DNA of 39,960 bases from the IMG/VR virus record IMGVR_UViG_3300036982_000507, positions 1 to 39,960 of that record; one strand, given 5' to 3'. Position 1 is the stretch's first letter, and each line of letters opens with the position of its first letter. Source of the DNA: a virus (lineage: Duplodnaviria > Caudoviricetes). Both the position numbers and the translations under genes were made by a program. Below are positions 16,288 to 26,000 of the stretch, in pieces. The notes under the pieces were generated by a model. That model worked only from the letters and a program-made list of their open reading frames with translations, did not search any database and was not told where the DNA came from.

Positions 16288-17085
16288 ATGAGTTTGATTA
16301 AGACAAACACCGAAACCCAAGCGATCATCGAACAGGTGATTGTGATGGGCGACCTCGCAAAGTTGAACCCCGAGCAGCGGAACGTGTACTACAAGAGTGT
16401 GTGCGATTCGCTTGGCCTCAACCCGTTGACACGTCCGTTTGAGTACATCACCCTCAACGGCAAACTGGTGCTGTACGCGCGCAAAGACTGCACCGACCAG
16501 TTGCGCAAACTTCAAAACGTCAGCATCCGCATCGTCGGACGCGACCTGATGGACGATCTCATCGTGGTCACCGCCGAGGCGACAAACGCCAACGGCCGCA
16601 CAGACAGCAGTATCGGCGCGGTGTCGATTCAGGGTCTGAAGGGCGAGGCAAAGGCCAACGCCCTGATGAAGGCCGAAACTAAAGCGAGGCGCCGCGTCAC
16701 GCTCAGCCTGTGCGGGCTTGGCGTGGTCGACGAGTCGGAGATTGACTCGATCCCGCACGCCCGCGTTGGCGAGCCCGATCGTCCGACCGACGCGATCGTC
16801 AAGCACGCGGTGTTGGCGCCCGAGCCTGCGCCGTTGGCGGTGGTTGACACCGCACGGGATCCGAAGCGAACGGTGATCGACGTGGAATCGATTGAGGAGC
16901 ACAAGGGCAAGAACGGCCCTGTGTGGAAGGTCACGACGCAGGCGGGAGACGTGTACGCGGCCGTAGTCGACAGCGTTGCGGCGGACCTGTCCGAGGCGAT
17001 GTTGATTGGCCACCCCGTGGCCATCACGTGGGAACGGCGCGGCATCCGCAGCATCATTCTCACAGCAGAGGCGGTGGCCGAATGA
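16288..17085 (+). CDS. Single-strand annealing protein (RecT/Red-beta superfamily-like)
   Basis: CDSLGLNPLTRPF and ALMKAETKARRRVTLSLCGLG motifs; paired with the exonuclease. Confidence 0.82.
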   Translation: MSLIKTNTETQAIIEQVIVMGDLAKLNPEQRNVYYKSVCDSLGLNPLTRPFEYITLNGKLVLYARKDCTDQLRKLQNVSIRIVGRDLMDDLIVVTAEATNANGRTDSSIGAVSIQGLKGEAKANALMKAETKARRRVTLSLCGLGVVDESEIDSIPHARVGEPDRPTDAIVKHAVLAPEPAPLAVVDTARDPKRTVIDVESIEEHKGKNGPVWKVTTQAGDVYAAVVDSVAADLSEAMLIGHPVAITWERRGIRSIILTAEAVAE

Positions 17086-17588
17086 ACGACGTGCCACGGC
17101 CACGGCGCACCAAACGCCAACACACCCGATGGACCACCCAAGACGAAGCATTCGCCGCCGCCCCACAGGGGGCGACGGCTGATGTGTTGCGTTACATCGC
17201 CCAAGCCCCGTCGACGTGCGACGGGGTGGAGGCGGCGTTCGGCGGTCTGCACCAATCAATATCCGCAAGCGTCAACCACCTGATGCGCAAAGGATTCATC
17301 AGACCGTGCGGCTACGGCGTCACGCGGTCGGGACGTCGGGCCGTCATGTGGGCTGCGGTTACGAGCGGCACCACTGATGCCGTGCACATTAAACCTGTGG
17401 CCAACGATCTTGTCGAGCGGCTGCGCGCGTGCGCGTCCGTGCTGCTGCGCGATTTGCAGCGGGACGACATCGTCACGTTTGCATTGCTTGTTGAGGCGGC
17501 GAAAGAGATCGAGCGGCTGCGCAAGGTCCAAGCATTTGCGGCGCGACGCGTTGCACAACTGACACCGATTCGCGGGGTGAACGAATGA
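17082..17588 (+). CDS. Winged-HTH protein
   Basis: STCDGVEAAFGGLHQSISASVNHLMRKGFI...TRSGRRAVMW; ATGA overlaps. Confidence 0.72.
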   Translation: MNDVPRPRRTKRQHTRWTTQDEAFAAAPQGATADVLRYIAQAPSTCDGVEAAFGGLHQSISASVNHLMRKGFIRPCGYGVTRSGRRAVMWAAVTSGTTDAVHIKPVANDLVERLRACASVLLRDLQRDDIVTFALLVEAAKEIERLRKVQAFAARRVAQLTPIRGVNE

Positions 17589-17992
17589 ATCTCAAACGCC
17601 AATGGTGTATGCAACAGTGCTCAGAGATTGCGTTGTGGGAAGGGCTCGACGACGCGCTGATTGGCGTGGCCGAGCGCCCAAACATGCCGCCGCTTGCGGT
17701 GTATGACCGCGAACGGATCCTGCGCAAACTACGCAAAGACATGCCGTACGAGGACGCGGAGGAGTACATGACGCACAACATCACGTGTGCGTGGATCGGC
17801 GACCTTACGCCGATCACGCTGCACCGTGTGCCCCCGATTGCGGTGTTGCAGATGATGGACGTGATGGCCCCCGACGCGGCGAATGAAATTGAGCGGCTGC
17901 GTAACGCGTTGGCGCAGATAGCCGAGAACAAAGACGAGCCCTACGCCCGCGACTTCGCGATGGACATTCTTGAACGACGGGAGCCGATATGA
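17585..17992 (+). CDS. Conserved hypothetical phage protein
   Basis: GLDDALIG...AVYDRE...EDAEEY..NI..AWIGDLTP pattern common in aquatic phages. Confidence 0.8.
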   Translation: MNLKRQWCMQQCSEIALWEGLDDALIGVAERPNMPPLAVYDRERILRKLRKDMPYEDAEEYMTHNITCAWIGDLTPITLHRVPPIAVLQMMDVMAPDAANEIERLRNALAQIAENKDEPYARDFAMDILERREPI

Positions 17993-18309
17993 GGTTTTAC
18001 AGCGCGCGCCGAATTGTTGAGGCGGTGGACGAACTGGTGCCCGACGTGTACCGCGAGAAGACGGGCAAGGCCGTCGAGGAATTGCGTCGGCAGAAGAGTG
18101 CGGTGATGGTGGGGTGTGCGTACGAAATGCCCGCTATTCGGCCGTCGATGGTCGAGATAAGCGTCATTCTTGGCACGTCGCACAGCGCGGCCAAACTGCA
18201 CTTGGAGTACTGGCGTGGGCTCGACTGGCAGGCGCGGTACGCGTGGATCCGATTCGTGGAAGGGAGGCTGAGCCATGAAACGAACCCCGTGGATGCCGCT
18301 CTACTGTGA
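17989..18309 (+). CDS. HTH protein, weakly DnaA C-terminal-like
   Basis: PSMVEISVILGTSHSAA resembles the DnaA domain IV HTH; next to the initiator gene. Confidence 0.55.
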   Translation: MRFYSARRIVEAVDELVPDVYREKTGKAVEELRRQKSAVMVGCAYEMPAIRPSMVEISVILGTSHSAAKLHLEYWRGLDWQARYAWIRFVEGRLSHETNPVDAALL

Positions 18310-18841
18310 CGACATCATTTCATCAACCCCCGACATGACGGCCGAGGAGTTTGGCGCGTACGTGCGGCTGCTGTGCCACATATGGACACGGGGGCCCGTG
18401 CCCATCGACGAGGCGGTCATTTGCCGCATCGCGGGGTGCAAGCGTGCGGTGTGGAAGGCTATTGCGCCACGCTTCAGCGCGTGCCAACGCGATGACGGCA
18501 AGGCGGGGCTGTCGCAGACCCGACTAGAAGCCGAACGGCTCAGAAGTTATCTCAAGTGCGAGGAGCGTGCCGCGTCGGGACGGCGCGGCGCTGCATCGCG
18601 TTGGCACAATGGCTCAGCCAATGGCTTAGCCAATGGCAAACCGATAGCAAACCGATGCCAACCACAACCACAACCACAAAGAGAGAAGACAAACGTGACC
18701 GTAACGGTTGCCGATCGCGAGGCATCGACAGCGCCCTGCGGGGCTGTCTTGCCGCGACTTGCATCCGTCGACGAACGCGACGCGGTGACCGACAGCAACC
18801 GCGCCTTTGTCGCGCAGTTCCGTCAAAGGAAAGCCCCATGA
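18275..18841 (+). CDS. DUF1376 (YdaU-like) putative replication initiator
   Basis: PWMPLYCDDIISST..MTAEEFGAYVRLLCHIW, RLEAER, AASGRRGAASRW, then a QPQPQP linker. Confidence 0.88.
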   Translation: MKRTPWMPLYCDDIISSTPDMTAEEFGAYVRLLCHIWTRGPVPIDEAVICRIAGCKRAVWKAIAPRFSACQRDDGKAGLSQTRLEAERLRSYLKCEERAASGRRGAASRWHNGSANGLANGKPIANRCQPQPQPQREKTNVTVTVADREASTAPCGAVLPRLASVDERDAVTDSNRAFVAQFRQRKAP

Positions 18842-19305
18842 ACAGCGCCGAACTGCGGTGGCCAGACCCCGCGTTGTCGCCCAACGGCCGTGTGCACTAC
18901 ATGACGCGGCACCGAGCCGTTTCGCGGTACCGTCAGGCGGCGCATTACGCAGGGCGTGGCGGCAAATGCCTCGCCGTGCCCGTGTGTGCGATTCTTCCAC
19001 TTGTTGCCACTCGGAGGCGCCGCGATCTCGACAACGTCTTAGCGAGCCTCAAGAGTGCCATAGACGGGCTCACTGATTCGGGGTGGTGGAAGGACGACCA
19101 CGACATCAAGGGGTACCACATGGTCCCCGACATCTATTCTAAACTGTGGCAGGACAACCGCATCGTGGTGCTTGCGTGCGAGGCCGCAGACGCGGCGCAT
19201 ATGCAACTGGCCATCACCGCGTTTCAACTGGCGTTGACCGAGATTGACCCCAACCCCCACGCGGCGTTGCGCACGCTCCGCGAGTCAGGACCACCACATG
19301 GATGA
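18838..19305 (+). CDS. rusA: RusA-family Holliday junction resolvase
   Basis: WPDPALSPN and RRRRDLDNVLASLKSAIDGL...DD motifs; AAAGGA RBS and ATGA overlap. Confidence 0.85.
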   Translation: MNSAELRWPDPALSPNGRVHYMTRHRAVSRYRQAAHYAGRGGKCLAVPVCAILPLVATRRRRDLDNVLASLKSAIDGLTDSGWWKDDHDIKGYHMVPDIYSKLWQDNRIVVLACEAADAAHMQLAITAFQLALTEIDPNPHAALRTLRESGPPHG

Positions 19306-19519
19306 ACAGACCAACAACCGCATCGACCTTACCCAAGAGCAGTGGGTGCAGATGCAGATGTACAGGGCCGTGGCGTGGGACGTGTACGCGGCGGCGGTGC
19401 TTAGCATGTCGCGGCACCCAGGGACCACACGCGATGCGGCGGTGCCGCTAACACTGCCCGAGGTCGCGTTGATCGCGGACGGGATGCTAGTCGAGCGTGA
19501 CCTGCGCTTCGGCAAGTAG
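19298..19519 (+). CDS. Hypothetical protein (73 aa)
   Basis: AGGA RBS; WDVYAAAVL...IADGMLVER pattern seen in small phage proteins. Confidence 0.7.
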   Translation: MDEQTNNRIDLTQEQWVQMQMYRAVAWDVYAAAVLSMSRHPGTTRDAAVPLTLPEVALIADGMLVERDLRFGK

Positions 19520-19975
19520 CCGCGCGGCGTTGGCCCGCAGCGTGTTGCGCACATGGGTGTCGGTGTATCCCACCCGTTTGGCAACGGCTTTGAACGACAG
19601 CCCGAGCACGCGGAGCGACCACGCCTCGCGGATCCACGGCAAACAATCAACCCTGTCAATCATGCGAAGGCACTCGCGCTCAGTCGTGGCCGTGTCTTGT
19701 TGCGCAGCCGCGCGCGCCCCGCGCAATGCGTCGCCGTTGTGCGTGCTGGGCAACGCGCGCTTTCGGTTGCGGCCAAGGTGCCTGCGCAGCGTGTCTTTGT
19801 ACACGTACTCTGCTTTACGCCTTGCAAATTGCAGCGGCGTGTTGTTCAGCAACATCGCGGCAATTGTGTCTTGCGCAATGTCCTCGGCGTGCTTGCCGTA
19901 GACGGTGTGGTTGCCGTCGCGACGCATCAGCGTGCGAATCCGTTGCAACGCGGCGGCGTGCGCGGCGCGTATCAA
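19487..19975 (-). CDS. ECF/sigma70-family sigma-factor-like protein
   Basis: Region 2-like AEDIAQDT...YKDTLRR and region 4-like LPWIREAWSLRVLGLSFKAVAKRVGYTDTHVRNTLR. Start uncertain (TTG 19975 or ATG 19928). Confidence 0.72.
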   Translation of the reverse strand: MIRAAHAAALQRIRTLMRRDGNHTVYGKHAEDIAQDTIAAMLLNNTPLQFARRKAEYVYKDTLRRHLGRNRKRALPSTHNGDALRGARAAAQQDTATTERECLRMIDRVDCLPWIREAWSLRVLGLSFKAVAKRVGYTDTHVRNTLRANAARLLAEAQVTLD

Positions 19976-20026
19976 TGCAAACGCCGCCCGAGGACGGCGC
20001 CTGCACTAGGGAAAAGGATGCCCTCA

Positions 20027-20054
20027 ATCATAACGCGCGTCACTAGGGTGTCAA
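20027..20054 (-). promoter_or_regulatory. Near-consensus sigma70 promoter for the sigma-like gene
   Basis: TTGACA-16nt-TATGAT on the minus strand, overlapping the stop codon of the giant gene. Confidence 0.8.
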
Positions 20055-23000
20055 TTCGTTGGACACACGGATTACACGTTTCATGGCCCGTGCGCGTGCC
20101 GCAAACAACGCCTCGCGTTGTTCGGGCGTTGCCCCCTTGCCGTCTTTGCGGAGTTTGCGCAACTCCTTTTCGGTCGACTCGACCACGCGGGCCAACGAAA
20201 TGTTGAGCGGGTTGATGCCCCGTTCGATAATCGCCTCTTTGACGGGGTACGACACCTCGGGGTCTAGCAACGCTTCGGTGCGACGCAAGTCGGGCATGAC
20301 CCGTGCGCTGATCCCTTGGTACGTTTCGGCCACGGCGCGCGTGTCCTGCGACGCGTCGCCCGAAAACGAACGGACCAGTGGGATGTCGGTACGTTCCACA
20401 GGCTGGTCGCTCAGCGCAATCTTGGCCAGTCGGTCCATTGTGCGGCCAAACCCGCTGCCGTAGTACCCGACAAGGTATTGGAGTGTGTTGGGGCTGTAGT
20501 CCATGTACCCCTGCCCACCCCCCTCAAACATATCACCACCGCCGAGGCTGTTGAACCCTTGCGCAGCGTCAATGTACGTCTGACTGGTGCCCTCAAAGTA
20601 CGAGAACGCGTCGGTTTCCGTCTGCACCCCAAATGTCTTTGGAAAGATTGGTCGGCCCATGAAATTCTGATTCAGCCCAATCTCAGCCATCGGACGAATC
20701 ATGGTCGGAAACAGCGCAGCCACCAAGTTGCCCGTGCCTGTGGTAATACCCGAACCGCCCATTGGGTTGAACGAGTTCATGGCGTCGGTGACCATCCCCG
20801 ACACCATGTTGCCTACCGACTTGTTGCCGAACGCCGTGTCGGCCGCGCGAACACCTGCCGAGTACAGCACGTTGAATCCGTAGGCCAGCGGGATCTTTAT
20901 GTACTTGCCCGTGCCACGCGGGTCCATCAGAATAATGTTGGACGCCTTCTCGTAATCAGGGATTGCGTCCCACCGCTTGCCGCCCGTTTCCTCGTCGTCG
21001 CCGCCAAGCGCGCGAAGCATTGCGGTCACCATCCCAAACATTGCCAACGACGGGGCTATTGACGCGGCGCGCCGCGTCGCCCTGCCCACGTTGACGCTTC
21101 CTTGGACGCTTGCGTTCAAGAACATGTAAAATGTGTTCAGCGTCGGCTTACGCTTGCCGCCTTTGCCAAAGTCAACCGTGATGTCGCGTGCGGCCAACGC
21201 CGCCTGCTCGGCGCTTGATCCTGTTGCACGACGTTGCTCAAATTGGGCCAACCGCGTCGCAGTTTCGGCGGCTGTAAAGAACGCGGGGTACCACCCAAGC
21301 AGTGTACGTGTCAGCGTGCGGTCGTTTGGATCACGCCGTGTTACACGGGCCGCAAGCGCGTCAAAGTCGGTGTCTTTGGTTTCCAAATCGTTGCGGCCCC
21401 AGTACACCTGATCGCCGCCCGCGCGCACAAAGTTTGCGTACGACCGCGTTGGCCGCGTGGGATCGTTCCACGCATCGGTAAACACGTTGAGAAATGCACG
21501 CGGGTACCGCGTCAGCATTTCCGCCGTGTCCCGCGCGCCATGACTCGCCGTGTTGACCATTGACCCCGCCATAATGTCGCGGACCAAGTTAACAGGCGCA
21601 AACTCAGGAGCGCCCATGCCCGTGGTAAAGAATCGCCACACGTTGTTGACGTGGTTAAGCCCCCGCGCGAGCGTGCCAATGTCTGCGTTTGGCACCGTCA
21701 TCGCGGTGGCCAAACGGGGGTTGTTGATGCGGACAACTACCATGTCACCCGCTTCGTAGTTGTGGCCGTTGATGGTGATTGGTGCGTTTACGTACGCGCC
21801 GAAATGCCGTGGTTCCGACATCCAATTGCCGTCGTGCACGGTGCGGACGACGCCGTCTACATTGCGCTGAATAGTTGGTCGGACCACCACCGCCATCGAG
21901 GGGTCGTTTACCAGTGTCACCAAACGAACAAACCGTTGTCCGATTTCGTTGCGGGCAACCCGTTTCATCGTGTCTTCGTGCAAGAACCCGACCTGCGACG
22001 TTACCCCCTCGGCCCGTGACCCACGGCCCAATCGTTCGGGCATTGCACGGCTTTGGGTTGACATCCCACGGCCAAACACGTTGCCCCCGTCAAAGTCTTC
22101 AAACAGTTCGTCAAATGGTCGCGCGGGCGCGCCCCGCAACGGCACGTAGTGCGTGTACCGCGTGGTAAGCAACGTGTGCGTTTCGTTGGTGATGAGCCCC
22201 GCGTCGCGGCGAAGATCAAGCCCCGCACGCAACAACTCACGCCAGTCCTCGGCGATGCGGTTCATCTCGCCGTACTGGCCAGTGGCGCGTGCTTGGTTGA
22301 TGATTTGCTGCGCGTCAGCCGTCATCATCCCCGTGCCACCGTCGGGAAACCGTGGGTTGATTGTCGCAATGTACGCGTTGCCGTTGTTTACCGCGTGCTG
22401 CGCCGTCAGAAAGTTGTCCATCGCCTCAAGCGAAATGTTGTGCTCGGACATGTCGCGCAAGGTGTTTGCGTACTCGCGTGTCGCGGCCTGCTGCATGGCG
22501 CCAAGACGGCCTGTAAGCACACGCACCCCGAGATACGGGTTGGCAGGGTCGGGCAGCGCCACCCCGCTGGTTTCCTGCCAGTTGTCGGCGTACCGACGCA
22601 ACTCGTCGTACTTGTCGACAAATTGCAGCGTGGCTTCGTCTTTGACGCCGCGTACGCCTTCACGCATCGACATGCGGATGGGCACCTCGTTGTGAAACAG
22701 GTCTGGGTACGCGTTGACAACGGCTGCGGGCTGGAGCCGCAACGAACGACGGATGTCTGCGTCCTTGGGGCTGTAGTCCCCGTTGTTGTTTGCAACAGAC
22801 TTGACCGCCGTGTCGTCCCACAAGATCACAGCGGTGCGTTTGCCGTAGATCCGTTGCATTGCTTCAATGCGTTCATTGCTTGTCTTTTCGTACGCGTTCA
22901 TGCCCGACATTTCCCATTGGGCAAACTCATCATTGAGTTCAAACAATTCGGCCGCGCTTTCTTGTTGCGCTGCGGCAACCATAAAGTCGCGGTCGTCATG

Positions 23001-26000
23001 ATACGTTTCGCTGTCGGGGTTGAGGTTGGCGGAGGCGGCGTACGCGTTTGCCCCCTTTCCCTCGATTGTATTTTCGTACGTGATTCCGTCGTACCCAAGA
23101 TTGTTCAACATATTGCGCACATAATCACGGCTGAACGATTGGTTTCCGTTTGGGTGCTGGTCGTTGTTAGTCATTACCGATTCAAACCCTGACTGGTTGT
23201 ACCGCAAAAACACCTCTGCGCCTGCTTCGGGAATGCCAAGCCCCGTGTAAATTTCCATAAGCGCGTCGTCCATTGTTTTTGTCGAAATTATGTCCACCTG
23301 CTTCAGACCCTTGAGCACGTTGAACGCAGTCCACGACCCCATGTCCTCGACCTGTGCCACGCGGGTTGCGCGGGCGTAGACAGGAAACAGCACCGCTCCG
23401 TCGGGACTGTTGCGGAATGGTGAATTGTACACCCGCAAACGGCGGTCAAAGAAATCTGTCGCTTGGGCAAACGGGCCAAGGTGCAACCCAAACTGATCGG
23501 CGCTCATGTTCACGTCAAACTGGGTGTGGTGGCGGTACCCGCCATGAAACCAAATGTCGTTGGGGTGGATCCCGTTCAACGCGTTGCCGTTGTCAAAGTA
23601 CTTTGTAAACGCTGGGGTCGTTGGCTTTGAATACGGCGACGCGACCAGTTTCTTGTACAGGGTGGTCACCCCCCTACGCGTTTGCGCAGCCACGTTGACC
23701 AGACTGAACTCCTTTCTGTAGTCGCGTTCCTTCGCATCAATATTATTTGAAAATGGTGCAAGGGTTACAGCGTCTTCGATGACGCCTAAGTCGCGCAGAC
23801 TCATCCGCGTGCCGTGCGTCTCGGCCAACGTTACAATGTGCGCACGGCCTTTGGGCCCAACAATTGGGTCCTCGTACCACGGTGCAATGCGGGTGCCGTC
23901 GGCACGCTCGCTGTCCCGAGTGACCATGAAATCTGGCGGCTTCTCGCCACGCACAGGCTTGCCCTTTGCGTCGAGCGGCGGCGCCCAATTCATCTTGGCC
24001 CACTTGGTGGTAGAAAGCGCTTTGGTAAACAGACCAAAGTGGGCCGCGTCGAACATAAACGACTGGCCGTCGATGGTGTACTTGTGCGACGGCTTTAGCA
24101 CGCCGTCGGCGTCACGCGTGTACCCGTACTCGGCGCCAAAGGCATAGGTGTCGTATTGACCTTCTTTGGCCCACACCCCCACCATCTGCTGCTCACCCGT
24201 CGCAATCATTTGAAGCAGCCCGTCGAGAGTTTTGTGGCTGGCCTCTTGGTCCGACGCGCCCACCCAGTTCAACCAATGCTCGGCGCCGTGGTTAGCGTGC
24301 CGCGTCATCTCGGGCTGCGTCTTCAGCAGCGGGCCGAACACGCGGTTGGGATCAATGGCCCGCTCCACCGCTTCGTAGATGGCGATGCCACGCGCGCCGT
24401 TGAACAGCGTCGCCAGCCCCCCAACCTTCTTGGTTTCAACGCTAAACGTAACAGGCAACGCCGCAGGGTCTTCGGCCACGCGGCGTGCCGTTTCGGCCTT
24501 GGCCTCGGCCGTGGCCTCGGCGACCAACACGCTTGTGAGTTCGCGCTTTGCGGCGGCGTGGGCCAATTTGTCGCCGTTGAAATCGGGCAACCGCACCTCG
24601 CGGACCATCTCGTCGTCGATGACGACTTGCAGGGCCACCGTGTTGCCGTCGTACACGTTGACAAATCGTCCGTCGCGGTTCCAATGGTCCGCCACACGCA
24701 CGCGGTCGTACACCGACCCGTCCGTCTTTCCCGCAACAAGCGCCGAGAATGAAATCACCTTGTTGTCGATGCCAAGCGAGCCGCCAAGCCGCGTGAACAC
24801 GCGGCGGACCTTCTTTGCTGTCGCGGTTGGGCTGGCCATTGCGTTGTGCAAATGGATTACCCCTGTTTCCGTTACCCCGTCAATTGTTACCTGCTTGCCG
24901 ATGTTGGCAAGAAACGACTTGCCAAAGGCGTTGCCGTTGTGCGTGGCCCCCGCCCCTGGGGTGCCGTTTGCGCGCTTGACGTCGCCGTCTTTGTCCCGAA
25001 GCACTTCTCCGTCAACGCCAATCACGTCGTACCGCGTGCGCTCAAACATTGCGTCGACAAATCTCAGCCACTCACCCGTGTCTGCCTTGGTCCAGACGCC
25101 AGCCACGGCGCGGTCGACAAACGTTTGATACGTTTCGCCCTTTGAGTTTGTGAAATTGACCAGATCAATAAACAAACTTTCTTGCACGCGTGGCGACACG
25201 CCGCGCGACATGAATCCCCACATAGCAAGCGCGACGGTGTGGTGTGGCTTTACCTGTCCCGTGGCGTAGAACGCGCGCAACCGCTGCGCCATGTCGAGCC
25301 CGTGGACGGCGTCGTCTACCATGCCCTGACTCAGCCGCCCGCCGTTGGCGCGGAGCGCCATGTTCCTCTGCATCCCCGCGCTGTTGTTTGCGAGGTCTGA
25401 AATCAAGAAATCGGGCAACACGGGGATGTCGCGCGAGCCGTACAAATCGGCAAAGAATCGTTCCGTGGCGTCACGCGACGTAAACGCGTCGGGATGCCGT
25501 TCCAACAACGCGTCAACTTCTACAAGCGAACGTTCTGCGTTGGCCATGCTGGTCTTTGCGGGGATCTTGTACCCCCCCTCAAACTGCTGCATGTTGCCGC
25601 GATACCGCGTCAGGAACTGGCGGTCGAGTCCGTGCTTTCGGTTGACGGACCGACTGGCGAGTTCTGCGATGAGGAGGTCTTTGACTTGAGGCGCTTCGGC
25701 TTTGGCGAATTCGCCGAGCCACCCATCGAGATCGATGTCGAAGCCTTCGTCTTGGACGATTTCAACGATTGTGGCAGCAGGCTTGACCCAAAGATCCCAT
25801 GTCGTTTTGCCGACTCGGGATCGACTGCCAGCCCCCGTTGCGCGAGGATTTCGTTGAACTTTGCCCAAGACATCGAAGTCTCCAATCGTAGTGTAAGTGC
25901 TTTGAACCTGCGCAAACTCCACGGACATTCCGCGTGTTGCAGCAATTTGCGTTGCGTTGTCGACAAACGTTTGACGCGACGACGTTTGTCCGTCATAGTC

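Noticed and set aside
18600-18680. Short repeats (GCCAATGGC twice, ACCACA repeats) in the DUF1376 gene as origin iterons
   Set aside because: Plausible by analogy with lambdoid origins, but too short and also explained by the protein linker, so not called.
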